From the NCBI GenBank assembly GCA_005223125.1, contig NJBH01000022.1, positions 1 to 61,298 on the forward strand: a stretch of DNA of 61,298 nt. Direction: 5' to 3'. Within the stretch, counting starts at the first letter, position 1, and each line of letters begins with the position of its first letter. Of this stretch, positions 10,559-20,119 are shown in pieces. The notes beneath the pieces are model-generated. The model was not told the origin of the DNA and did no database searches. It saw only the letters and a program-made list of their open reading frames with translations. This stretch comes from Promethearchaeota archaeon Loki_b32 (GTDB lineage Archaea > Asgardarchaeota > Lokiarchaeia > Sigyniarchaeales > SOKP01). The translations under genes and the position numbers were made by a program.

Positions 10559-11503
10559 ATGATTCCAAAATATAATCAATCAAATAGTAAAGTTTTCGCA
10601 CACACATATTCCATAGTTGCAAGAGACTCTAGGACGGGAGAAATGGGTGTTGGGGTGCAAAGTCACTGGTTTTCAGTTGGTAGTGTTGTTTCATGGGGCG
10701 AAGCTGGAGTTGGTGTAGTCGCAACACAGTCACTTGTTAATAAATCTTTTGGTTTACGAGGACTTGAACTTTTAAAGCAAGGAAAATCCCCTCAAGAAGC
10801 AATAGCTATTTTACTTTCTGATGATGAAGGAAGGGATGTTAGGCAGGTTGCTATTCTGGATGCTCAAGGAAGAGTAGCAACCCATACGGGTTCCAAATGT
10901 ATTAAACAAGCTGGGCATATAGTAGGAGAAAGTTTTTCTGTTCAAGCAAATATGATGCTTTCTGATAAAGTATGGCCCGTCATGGCAGAAGCTTTTGAAA
11001 AAAATAATAATATGTTACTACCAGAACGAATTATTAAAAGTTTAGAAGCGGCAGAATCAGTTGGAGGTGATATTAGAGGTAAACAATCTGCTGCTTTATT
11101 AGTTGTAGCTGGCGAACCAACCGAGGAAAAATGGGAAGACCCAATAATAGATCTAAGAGTAGAAGATCACAAAGAGCCATTAAAGGAGCTCAATAGAATA
11201 TTGACAGTTTATCGAGCATACGAACATATGAATAAGGGGGATCTTGCTATAGAAAAGGGTGATATGGATAATGCACTAGAAGAATATGATGCTGCTCAAA
11301 AAATGTTCCCAGAAAATTTAGAAATGACGTATTGGGTGGCTGTTTCTTTAGCTAACCAGAAAAAAATTAAGGACGCATTGGTTTTGTTTGAAAATGTTTT
11401 CAAGAAAGATGAAAATTGGCGTTTACTCACAGAAAGACTCCCTGATTCAGAGCTATTAAACGTAAGTGAAGAAGAAATGAAAAAGATTTTATCTTTAAAA
11501 TAG
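10559..11503 (+). CDS. DUF1028 (Ntn-hydrolase-like) protein with C-terminal TPR
   Basis: HTYSIVARD..GVGVVATQS..RQVAILD..GGDIRGKQSAAL..DLRVEDH. Confidence 0.85.
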   Translation: MIPKYNQSNSKVFAHTYSIVARDSRTGEMGVGVQSHWFSVGSVVSWGEAGVGVVATQSLVNKSFGLRGLELLKQGKSPQEAIAILLSDDEGRDVRQVAILDAQGRVATHTGSKCIKQAGHIVGESFSVQANMMLSDKVWPVMAEAFEKNNNMLLPERIIKSLEAAESVGGDIRGKQSAALLVVAGEPTEEKWEDPIIDLRVEDHKEPLKELNRILTVYRAYEHMNKGDLAIEKGDMDNALEEYDAAQKMFPENLEMTYWVAVSLANQKKIKDALVLFENVFKKDENWRLLTERLPDSELLNVSEEEMKKILSLK

Positions 11504-11586
11504 CATTATTAATGATTTGATCTTTTTAATTTGATATTACCGTGATATTTTTGTGTTTTAAATAAGATCAAAATTGAAAGAAAAAT

Positions 11587-11757
11587 GTGATTGATGAAAA
11601 AATATCGCGGTATAAAAATGGAATTGTTGCTGCGAAACAGTTATCTAAGAGAATGTATGCTGATCAAGATTATTACAATAATTTAGTTTCTAAATTTGAA
11701 AGGATCTTAAGGTTTTACGAAGATTTAAAAACCTGGAAGGACTTTACTGAAGGCTAA
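11587..11757 (+). CDS. Small hypothetical protein (56 aa) not in the ORF track
   Basis: Manual translation from GTG: VIDEKISRYKNGIVAAKQLSKRMYADQDYYNNLVSKFERILRFYEDLKTWKDFTEG*. Its stop overlaps the convergent maf stop. Confidence 0.5.
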   Translation: MIDEKISRYKNGIVAAKQLSKRMYADQDYYNNLVSKFERILRFYEDLKTWKDFTEG

Positions 11758-12377
11758 GCTCGTTCGATATGAAATAAATTTAAGCCAAATTCTGTTCTTA
11801 AAATTTTATATAACTTATGCATTGGTAATCCTATTACATTGGAAGATGAGCCATTAATTTTTTTTATAAATAAGCTTGCTTTATCATTTATCGAATATGC
11901 TCCAGCCCGTCCTTTCCATTCATCAGTTTTAATATACTGGATAATTTCTTCATCAGAAAGTTTAAGAAATTGGACGAATGTGGTATCAGAATCAATTACT
12001 ATTTTTGGGTTATTAGTTTCAGTAATGGCTATTCCCGTTATTAGTTCATGGGTTCTTCCTGTTAATTTTTTAATTATTTTGAATGCTTCTTCTTCAGTTT
12101 GTGCTTTCCCGATTATTTCTCCTTCAAGTATTACTAAAGAGTCAGCAGCAACAATTAAAGCATCTAATTCAGACTTTATTAATTTATTTTTTGCAAATAA
12201 TGCTTTTACTTTTGCTAGTTCTTTTACAAGATCATTTCCATGCGAATATTTTGCTTTATACTTTTCTTCATCAATATTTGTAACTGATTTTTCAAATGGA
12301 ATCCCTGCTTTCTTAAGGAGTTCACTTCGATCGATTGATTTTGAAGCTAGAATTATTTTCTTCATTATAATTTCCAC
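11754..12377 (-). CDS. maf: Maf-family nucleoside triphosphate pyrophosphatase
   Basis: IILASKS..R, AADS, GKA, GRTHELITG, GRAGAY, SNVIGLP. Confidence 0.92.
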   Translation of the reverse strand: MEIIMKKIILASKSIDRSELLKKAGIPFEKSVTNIDEEKYKAKYSHGNDLVKELAKVKALFAKNKLIKSELDALIVAADSLVILEGEIIGKAQTEEEAFKIIKKLTGRTHELITGIAITETNNPKIVIDSDTTFVQFLKLSDEEIIQYIKTDEWKGRAGAYSINDKASLFIKKINGSSSNVIGLPMHKLYKILRTEFGLNLFHIERA

Positions 12378-12541
12378 TATTTTAAAAGTTAAAATTTAAC
12401 TTATGATAGGATCATTTTTTTTGTAAATATTTTAACATGATTTATTTTAAAATTAATAATTTCTTTTGTAATAGATTTCCATATATTTAATTAGTTTTAA
12501 TTAATAAATATTTATTAATAACTAAATTAGACACTAAAATT

Positions 12542-13645
12542 ATGGAATACTTTCCTATTTGGTATTTAATAATTGTTATTTCATTTTTCTTCATACTATT
12601 TAGTTATATAAATTATTCACATAAACCAGAAATCCTAAATAATATCTTTGGATTCGGTTCGTTATTTTTTGTATTTGCTCAGATTATAATATTTCTCTTA
12701 TTGATGAATCAAGATATTGGTCTTCGATCATTTTTTGTACCTTTGTTTCTTATGGTCTTAGGGATCCCATTGGCTATTGTAGCGATGTTAATCATTGTTT
12801 CTACATCTGTAGTCTCTTTCAGTAACAGAGTCTTGAAAAAAGATGTCTCTAAGTTAAGTATTAAACTAGAAGAAAAACGTAAGAATTGGAGTAAAGCTAA
12901 AAAAGATACTCTCAGAAAGTTAAATCATGTCTTAATTTTTTTTGGACTTTTACTTGTTTGGTACACTGGATTATTTGTTGTTGACTTTTTTACTAACACT
13001 TCTGCGGGAATGATTCCGGAAGAAAATAACATGTTACTGTTATATATAAGAATCATAAATGAGCCAAATTCTATTAATGACGTTCTTTTTTCATTAGGTT
13101 GGTTTTACTATCTCTTATTCTTCTTTTTTTATACGTTAAGTTTATTTATGCTTGCTAATGAATTTGCGCGAAAATCTCGTAATTTTTCATTTCCTTTTAC
13201 AATTTTCCCAAAGATATATCTTTCTAATGAAGAAAGAGAAAATTATGGAACTTATCTTTATTTTGCGATTGGGCAAATGTTTGCTGCTTTTATTTGTCCT
13301 CCAATGATACTTTTTGCTATATTAGGTATCAGTTCTATTAGTGATTTAATGACAAGTCAGTTTGGGATAAGATTCGGGAAAAATCATATATCATGGAATC
13401 AAAATAAGACCTGGGAAGGAACACTAGCGGGAGTTGTATCAACATTTTTGATATCCTTTCTTTTTGTAGGTTTTTTTTGGGCGTTAATTTTTACTATCAT
13501 TTTTTTGTTATTGGATATTCTTACAAATCAACCATTTAATGTGTCTGATAATCTCCTAATCCCGATTGGCTGTAGTCTGGTTTACATATTTATTAGATTA
13601 ATTTTTGATTTCAATTATTCTTCCATTATCTTACAATGGTTTTAG
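12542..13645 (+). CDS. SEC59/DGK1/VTE5-family CTP-dependent lipid (polyprenol/dolichol/phytol) kinase-like membrane protein
   Basis: RKLNH, SDLMTSQFGIRFG, KTWEG, SDNLLIP. Confidence 0.75.
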   Translation: MEYFPIWYLIIVISFFFILFSYINYSHKPEILNNIFGFGSLFFVFAQIIIFLLLMNQDIGLRSFFVPLFLMVLGIPLAIVAMLIIVSTSVVSFSNRVLKKDVSKLSIKLEEKRKNWSKAKKDTLRKLNHVLIFFGLLLVWYTGLFVVDFFTNTSAGMIPEENNMLLLYIRIINEPNSINDVLFSLGWFYYLLFFFFYTLSLFMLANEFARKSRNFSFPFTIFPKIYLSNEERENYGTYLYFAIGQMFAAFICPPMILFAILGISSISDLMTSQFGIRFGKNHISWNQNKTWEGTLAGVVSTFLISFLFVGFFWALIFTIIFLLLDILTNQPFNVSDNLLIPIGCSLVYIFIRLIFDFNYSSIILQWF

Positions 13646-13691
13646 AAAGTAGTAAAAATTTTTAAGTCATTCAGCTTTAAAGGTTAACAAT

Positions 13692-14723
13692 ATGTATTTT
13701 TTACCTACAAGCTTAATCTTCATTGGATATTTCATCTTAACTTTAATCTATACTATAAAAAATAGAAAAATAAAAATTGAAAACCATTTGTTTGCCAATG
13801 AATTATTAATTGCTTTTTTGTTTTTACTAGCAGGAATTCTTTATCCTTTTATGTATAGTTTTTATTCACCTACTTTGAGTCGAAATTCATTAAGTTTTCT
13901 ATGGTTTTTTACATCTATTCTTTTTTTAGCTGAAATGGGAGCCTTAATTATTATATTACTACCTAATCTTATTATTTCGAAAAGAGATCCAGAAATTATG
14001 TCACAAAGAGATTATAGTAGATTTTGTGCTGAATTTAATGAAAATTGGATAGATGATTTGAAAAGTGAGCTTGGACGTAAATTTCTTCACCTTTTCGCAT
14101 GTTTTGTGATTTTTTTTTTTTGGACACTAGGGATAATCCTTAATGATCTAGGTGTATTAAGTCAATGGGGATTAGACAATTATAGCTTTTCTTATTGGTT
14201 GATAGTTACTGTAGGTTTGGGATTTATTATAATGGTCCAAGTTGGAGATTTAGCACGATTAAATAAATTTTATATGGTCCCTAATTGGGCGAGACGCTGG
14301 TATCAAGATATGAAACAGAGTGAATTGCACACTTTTGTAGCATCAACTCCTTTAGTTCTTTCTTTTATCCCTTTTCTCTTCGCTCCTTTTCCAATTTTTG
14401 CTTCAGTCGTCTTAATTACAACAGGTGCAGATGCAATAGCCTGTATAATAGGTAAAAAATATGGAAAACATAGCCTAAAAACGAATTCTAAAAAAACAGT
14501 AGAAGGTTTTATTGCAGGGGGGATATCTACTTTTTTAATAGTTTTTATAATTTCAATATTATATTATCCTTGGTTATTAGTTGGTATTGAAAAAATAATT
14601 TTTATGAGTTTGATTGCTACTATGTTGTTTTTATTAGTAGATGCATTTGCAAAGAATATCTCTGATAATATCTTAAATCCTATACTAACTGGTTTTGGAA
14701 TGTGGTTAATCTTTTTAATTTAG
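13692..14723 (+). CDS. SEC59/DGK1/VTE5-family lipid kinase-like membrane protein (second paralog)
   Basis: RKFLH, ADAIACIIGKKYG, KTVEG, SDNILNP. Confidence 0.78.
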   Translation: MYFLPTSLIFIGYFILTLIYTIKNRKIKIENHLFANELLIAFLFLLAGILYPFMYSFYSPTLSRNSLSFLWFFTSILFLAEMGALIIILLPNLIISKRDPEIMSQRDYSRFCAEFNENWIDDLKSELGRKFLHLFACFVIFFFWTLGIILNDLGVLSQWGLDNYSFSYWLIVTVGLGFIIMVQVGDLARLNKFYMVPNWARRWYQDMKQSELHTFVASTPLVLSFIPFLFAPFPIFASVVLITTGADAIACIIGKKYGKHSLKTNSKKTVEGFIAGGISTFLIVFIISILYYPWLLVGIEKIIFMSLIATMLFLLVDAFAKNISDNILNPILTGFGMWLIFLI

Positions 14724-14766
14724 AGTTATTAACTGTTAAAAACTACTAATAAAAAGTTAATAAATA

Positions 14767-15063
14767 TTACCCTCCAAAATAAACATAGATAAAAACAATC
14801 TGATCTTCATCCTTTAGAGTAGTTTCTAAAAAATTATCATCTCGATAACTCCTTCCATTAATAATAATAGAAAGAAGTTTGTTAAAATTTCCCTTCTCTC
14901 CATTTTCCCAGATTAAGTCAATAAATTTATTTCCATACTTTTGCCCAAAAAAATCTATTAATTCATTTAAAGTCAATTCTTTATCGAATTCAAGTATTTC
15001 AAACAGATTTTTAGTTACTTCATTAAAAGGCGGAGAAAATTCGAGATTTAACTTCATTTTCAA
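14767..15063 (-). CDS. MoaD/ThiS/SAMP/Urm1-like ubiquitin-fold protein
   Basis: IIINGR..LKDEDQIVFI and a C-terminal GG. Confidence 0.88.
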   Translation of the reverse strand: MKMKLNLEFSPPFNEVTKNLFEILEFDKELTLNELIDFFGQKYGNKFIDLIWENGEKGNFNKLLSIIINGRSYRDDNFLETTLKDEDQIVFIYVYFGG

Positions 15064-15177
15064 AGATAAACTCTTCTTTTTATATTTTCTATAAATTTAA
15101 TATGATCTAATAATTAAAAATTTAATTATAATAAAAAATAAAAAGTTTAGATAAGAATTTTAATTTTCAATTTAGAT

Positions 15178-15360
15178 TTAATCGTCTTCTTTTGCTTCTT
15201 TAATTCCTTTTTTAACCCCTTTCTTCACGCTTCCAGATTTTATAGTTTTTTTAACACCTTTACCTGCTGCTTCTGAGCCAGTAACATTTTCTACAATGCC
15301 ACCAGCTGCCTTAGCGAACCCTTTCTTTAATTTTTTTCCAAATCCACCCAAAACAATCAC
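15178..15360 (-). CDS. Small Lys/Gly/Ala-rich protein
   Basis: 60-aa ORF with biased but protein-like composition. Confidence 0.5.
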   Translation of the reverse strand: MIVLGGFGKKLKKGFAKAAGGIVENVTGSEAAGKGVKKTIKSGSVKKGVKKGIKEAKEDD

Positions 15361-15617
15361 ACTTAGTATTTATTATTCTTTACAAATTCTGGTAAATTAA
15401 TAGTATATTCTTATATTAACATAATGTAAATTTGGGCATTATAAATGTTTTGAAAATCTTCAATAACCTCTACTTGGGTAACATTGATTAAAGAGAATTA
15501 AAAAATTTATAACCTCAATAGAATTTTATTAAATTTTTAACAAATATATTCTAATATTGTAAATTGTAAATATCCATATCAAAATATATTGAAATAATCT
15601 TTTCAAATTGTTCAAAA

Positions 15618-16619
15618 ATGGCTAAAGTTTTTTTTATATCAAAAAATAATGTTCGAGATGCTTGGTTATCTGCTGTCGGCCAAGTTTTATACAATGGTGA
15701 TGATATTAAAACGGAGTATGATAAGCCAGAAGACCCTCCTTCTAAAGATGCTACAGTTTTAATTGAGGTTAAAGAACCATTAAGTAGTCCTATTATGCGG
15801 AAGGACAAAATATTGAAAATTAAATCAAAATATGGTAATTCTTATGAAATATACGGTTGTATGGCAGATATTTATTTAATAGGTTCTATTCAGAGTGGTT
15901 ATATTGAGGAAATATTCGAAGGAGTAAATGATCATTTCTTATATGATTCAGGTGTAAGTTTTCCATATTCCTATCATGATAGAGTTTTCAACTATGCTCC
16001 TTTCGCTATTGAGGATACTATTCATAAATATTATGATATTGGATTTGTGGATACCGAATTTATCAGAAAGCATCAGAAGTTAGTTAAAGCGGAAAAGATA
16101 AAAACAACAGAAAGCACAGTTATATGGCAACTCAAAGATGGTGTAGAATTTGAATTAGACAAAAAAATATCAGAGAAGATTGGAATAGAAAAAATACCAA
16201 TAGGTATTCTAGATTTTCCAAGAATCAACCAAATTGAATATATAATACAGAAATTAAGAGAAAAGCCATATAGCCGTCGAGCACAAGCAATAACCTGGCG
16301 ACCATTAGTTGATCCTTATCATGTAGATCCTCCCTGTCTCCAGAGAATATATATGCGTATAAAAGATGAGAAATTAATAATGCAAACAACCTGGAGAAGT
16401 AGAGATTTATTCAGAGCATGGGAAGCTAACGTAAATGGGATGATTAAGATTCAAAAATATGTTGCTGACCAATTAAATGTGAGTATAGGCCATTATTTAG
16501 ATTTTAGCAATTCTCTTCATATTTATGGAAATACAATTTCTGAAGTAAAAGATATACTAAATCGTATGAAGACAAGGGGTGAGACATTTCCTCCAGAAAT
16601 TGTCGATCTAATTGATTAA
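15618..16619 (+). CDS. thyA: Thymidylate synthase, archaeal type, with internal insertion
   Basis: YSYHDR, SRRAQAITW, PPCLQ (catalytic Cys), RSRD, AN, SLHIY. Confidence 0.88.
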   Translation: MAKVFFISKNNVRDAWLSAVGQVLYNGDDIKTEYDKPEDPPSKDATVLIEVKEPLSSPIMRKDKILKIKSKYGNSYEIYGCMADIYLIGSIQSGYIEEIFEGVNDHFLYDSGVSFPYSYHDRVFNYAPFAIEDTIHKYYDIGFVDTEFIRKHQKLVKAEKIKTTESTVIWQLKDGVEFELDKKISEKIGIEKIPIGILDFPRINQIEYIIQKLREKPYSRRAQAITWRPLVDPYHVDPPCLQRIYMRIKDEKLIMQTTWRSRDLFRAWEANVNGMIKIQKYVADQLNVSIGHYLDFSNSLHIYGNTISEVKDILNRMKTRGETFPPEIVDLID

Positions 16620-16633
16620 AAAATGGTAATTTC

Positions 16634-17389
16634 TCAAAATATTTTAGGAAAAATAATTTTTGTATTTTCATAGATTTGATTTTCTAATTCTTCGGTGGAG
16701 ATTTCCTTATATTTTGAAACTATTTTTAAAACATCTCTAATCATAGCAGGAGTCCCAATTTTACCTGAGTATTTCACAGGTCCATCACTTTCCAGTAAAA
16801 GATGTTGTTTATCTACTTTTAATACTGTATTTTTAACTGCTGGAGAATAGCTAATAGCAGGAGTAATTGAGAAAAAATAACCTCTATCGATCCCTACATT
16901 CAAAAATTTTTCCGGTCCAGAATACCAGTGGAGATTAACATTGGGAATCTTATATGAAGGAAGCATATCAAAAACAATTTTTTCTGCGCCTTTTGTATGG
17001 AGATTAACAGGTAATTCCAATTCTTGTGCTAATGAAAGCATTTTTTCAAATATTCTCTTTTGAATTGGATATAATTCTTTTTCTTTAACAAAATGATGAT
17101 CCAACCCAATCTCACCTACAGCACAAATATTTTCTTTATTCTTTCTAATCATATCAACCACAGAATCCAATTGTCCTTCAACATCTTTATTCATTTTCAC
17201 TTCTTCAGGATGGATGCCTAATGCTGGATATATAATATCATATATGTTAGAAATTTCTAAAATCCTTTTTTGGCTTAGTACACTCATCCCCACAGAGATT
17301 ATCTTTTGAACCCCTACACTCTTTGCTTCGTTAATAACTTCATCAATAACTAAATAGAGGTTAGCATGACAATGGATATCAATTAGCAT
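16634..17389 (-). CDS. tatD: TatD-family deoxyribonuclease
   Basis: DIHCH, GIHP, VGEIGLD, LESDGP. Confidence 0.92.
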   Translation of the reverse strand: MLIDIHCHANLYLVIDEVINEAKSVGVQKIISVGMSVLSQKRILEISNIYDIIYPALGIHPEEVKMNKDVEGQLDSVVDMIRKNKENICAVGEIGLDHHFVKEKELYPIQKRIFEKMLSLAQELELPVNLHTKGAEKIVFDMLPSYKIPNVNLHWYSGPEKFLNVGIDRGYFFSITPAISYSPAVKNTVLKVDKQHLLLESDGPVKYSGKIGTPAMIRDVLKIVSKYKEISTEELENQIYENTKIIFPKIF

Positions 17390-17434
17390 TTTCTAAATCC
17401 TCAAAAATTCTTTAAAATTTAAAAAATAAGAAGT

Positions 17435-17773
17435 TTACATATGATTTACTTGTTCTCGTACCAGAGCGATTTTTTTTACTAATTCAAACTTTCTTCTCCG
17501 ATTATAATCAGCGGAATCTAAATGATTTTGTAAAGACTCTAGTTCTTTTAACAATAATTTTTTAAGATCTTCTTTAGTAAATCGGCCTATATGTTTCGGA
17601 AGAGGTTCAATTTTTGCTGCTCTTTTTAACCTTAAATCTGAAATAGCTTTAGCCATTTGTGCTTGAAAACCCTTTGCTTGCGTTGGATCTATATTCTCTA
17701 ATGTATCAAATGAAACCTTCAACCCATCAATGAAAGCTTCTAAATCTTCAATATCTACTGTATCTTTTGCCAT
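17435..17773 (-). CDS. Hypothetical helical protein
   Basis: 112-aa ORF with ATG start. Confidence 0.6.
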   Translation of the reverse strand: MAKDTVDIEDLEAFIDGLKVSFDTLENIDPTQAKGFQAQMAKAISDLRLKRAAKIEPLPKHIGRFTKEDLKKLLLKELESLQNHLDSADYNRRRKFELVKKIALVREQVNHM

Positions 17774-17940
17774 TTAAAATCTCAGAAAATCTTTTTTTAT
17801 AAAAATATAAGTTCTAGAAGGAAATCAAATATTTATTATTGATTATTTATCTTAAAAATGAAATGTAGACTTATAAAAACAATATTTATGAATAAAAGTT
17901 TAATTAAAATATAAAAAAAAAAATTTTAAAATTTACATGT

Positions 17941-19680
17941 TTATGCTTCGTCAGTTGAATAGCTTTGCCGTGCTTTTTTTAAAACTGCTAATTTTTTCTT
18001 AAAGCCTGCTTTTGGCTTTTCGGTTGGAGTCTCTTTAGGCTGTTCTTTCTGCATTTTTCCGTTGTTTCCACCAGATTTGGTTAATTCACTTTTTAAATCT
18101 TCTGCTAATACTCCTAACTTATTTGCCGTAGAAGTAATTTCTTCTATTGAGGCTGTCTGCTGCTCTGATGAAGCACTGATCCCTTCTAATGCTCGAGAAT
18201 TCTCTTCTCCTGCTGCTGTCGTGGATTCTATATCCTGTGTTATAGCACCTATTAATTCGACGGTACTTTGGATACGACTTGTTATTTCTTTTACTTCTGC
18301 ACCTGTTTCGTCAGTAGCGCCTTTAGATTCCTCGGCAAGTTTGCGTACTTCGTCTGCTACTACCGCAAATCCTCGACCATGCTCCCCAGCTCTTCCCGCC
18401 TCAATACTAGCATTAAGTGCTAATAAGTTTGTCTGGTCTGAAATATTTGTAATTAGTTCCATGATTCTAGTAATATCGTTATTTGACTTCATAATTTCAT
18501 GGGAGAGATCGCTGATATTATTTGACATCTTGCTGATTTCTACGAGTGAATTCACTTGACTTTGGGTATTCATAGAAACTTCTTGTGTCGTAGAGGCAAT
18601 TTCTTCTGAGGCCGCATTTACTTCACTAGAACTCGCAGCTAATTCAGTCGCCATGTTTGAAACATTTATACTTGCTTTTGTGCCTGCCTTTAACACATTT
18701 TCCATGTTTTTAGTGACCCTTATAATTCCTCTAACTGTAGGAACAGCTATTATCATCCCAATAACTATTGCTATAACAATTACAGTAATTATAATAATAT
18801 AAGATGTCATAATTGCAGACCTCGCACCTGCTTTATTTTGTTCAATATGAAGATCTACTTCAGAATTCAAACCATCTAATTCTTCCACCAGGCATTCGAA
18901 AGTTGTATTAATTGTAGCAATTTGTTCATCTAAGTGATCGTGATCAGCAAAAATCCCGTCATTTGGATCGTTTACTAAGTTTGAAAAATTTACGTGATGA
19001 AGTTCTATCAAATTGATTATGTTTTCTACAGTGGTATTTCCAGAATAAAATGCTTCTATGGTCGTAATACACGAGTCAAATAAAGTCTCGGATGCGTTAA
19101 ATTCCATCTTAGTCTCAGGGTCTGGGTTTGCGATGTATTCATATACATAAAGCATTTGTTCAACAACAGCCATCTTCATCAGTGAGGCATTCAAGTCCAT
19201 TAAAGGATCTTCAATTACACCCAATAATGTATCTATATCCCCATCTACTTCTTCATGTAGAGAATAAACTATATCTACGTGTTCTAAGATCTCATCTTGA
19301 TGAGCCAATATACCTGTACTATTAACAATTAATGCTAAAATAAGGTCATGATCTTCCATTATCTCCTCAAGTTCTTCGGTATATTCAGGAAGTAAATTTA
19401 CAAGAACTTCCGCATGTTCATCAAATTCTTGAGCAATTGCTATAATTTCTTCTCGTTGATGAGAAGTATCTCCGTCTAAGTATTCCCACATTTCACGTAA
19501 TACGTAATCTACGTCATACTGCAGATCCATCATTAACTCCATGGCTATCGAGTCTACATCAGCTAAATCTGTATATTCTTGATCTAAATTGTTTAGTTGA
19601 ATGAAACTAATAACTCCTAAAACGACAGAAATGACCATTAGACATGCAAATCCAAATGTCATTCTTCTTCCTATATTCAT
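17941..19680 (-). CDS. Methyl-accepting chemotaxis-like protein (2 TM, acidic extracellular helical sensor)
   Basis: [40 protein letters not shown] signature; two TM helices. Confidence 0.92.
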   Translation of the reverse strand: MNIGRRMTFGFACLMVISVVLGVISFIQLNNLDQEYTDLADVDSIAMELMMDLQYDVDYVLREMWEYLDGDTSHQREEIIAIAQEFDEHAEVLVNLLPEYTEELEEIMEDHDLILALIVNSTGILAHQDEILEHVDIVYSLHEEVDGDIDTLLGVIEDPLMDLNASLMKMAVVEQMLYVYEYIANPDPETKMEFNASETLFDSCITTIEAFYSGNTTVENIINLIELHHVNFSNLVNDPNDGIFADHDHLDEQIATINTTFECLVEELDGLNSEVDLHIEQNKAGARSAIMTSYIIIITVIVIAIVIGMIIAVPTVRGIIRVTKNMENVLKAGTKASINVSNMATELAASSSEVNAASEEIASTTQEVSMNTQSQVNSLVEISKMSNNISDLSHEIMKSNNDITRIMELITNISDQTNLLALNASIEAGRAGEHGRGFAVVADEVRKLAEESKGATDETGAEVKEITSRIQSTVELIGAITQDIESTTAAGEENSRALEGISASSEQQTASIEEITSTANKLGVLAEDLKSELTKSGGNNGKMQKEQPKETPTEKPKAGFKKKLAVLKKARQSYSTDEA

Positions 19681-20119
19681 TTCTTAAATCCCTTCTTTTG
19701 TAAATTAAGATATTCAATTTTTGTAAAAAATTTAAATGCAAATCCTTTTTTGTCATACAAAATATTTTTTTGTATAACGAATCTTATAGATAACTAATTT
19801 TTGAATTATTATTTAAACTTTTTTATTCAGAAATTGTACGAGATTATTGTAGTATGTAAAAAAAGTTGTGAAAATTAATTATTTTTTATGTAAAAATTCT
19901 ATTTTTATACAAAAAGTGAATTTTTTTGAAAGAATTTACTTAATAAAAACTTATGTATAAAGTAATTATAAGATAAATCATCTCTACATTTCAATAAAGA
20001 GTATCAATTCTAGTTTTTTTAGAAGATATATAAAATCATATTGTTAATGAATTTCTCGTAAATATTTAAAATTCTATAAGAATTAATTTACATATATTTA
20101 AAGCCTATAAGGTGATTTA

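Noticed and set aside
11839-12399. Antisense ORFs in the track (for example 11839-12399, 18062-18559, 31714-32196, 45417-45815, 53184-53528 and other short ones)
   Set aside because: They are shadows of well-supported genes on the opposite strand or frame, with no recognisable motifs.
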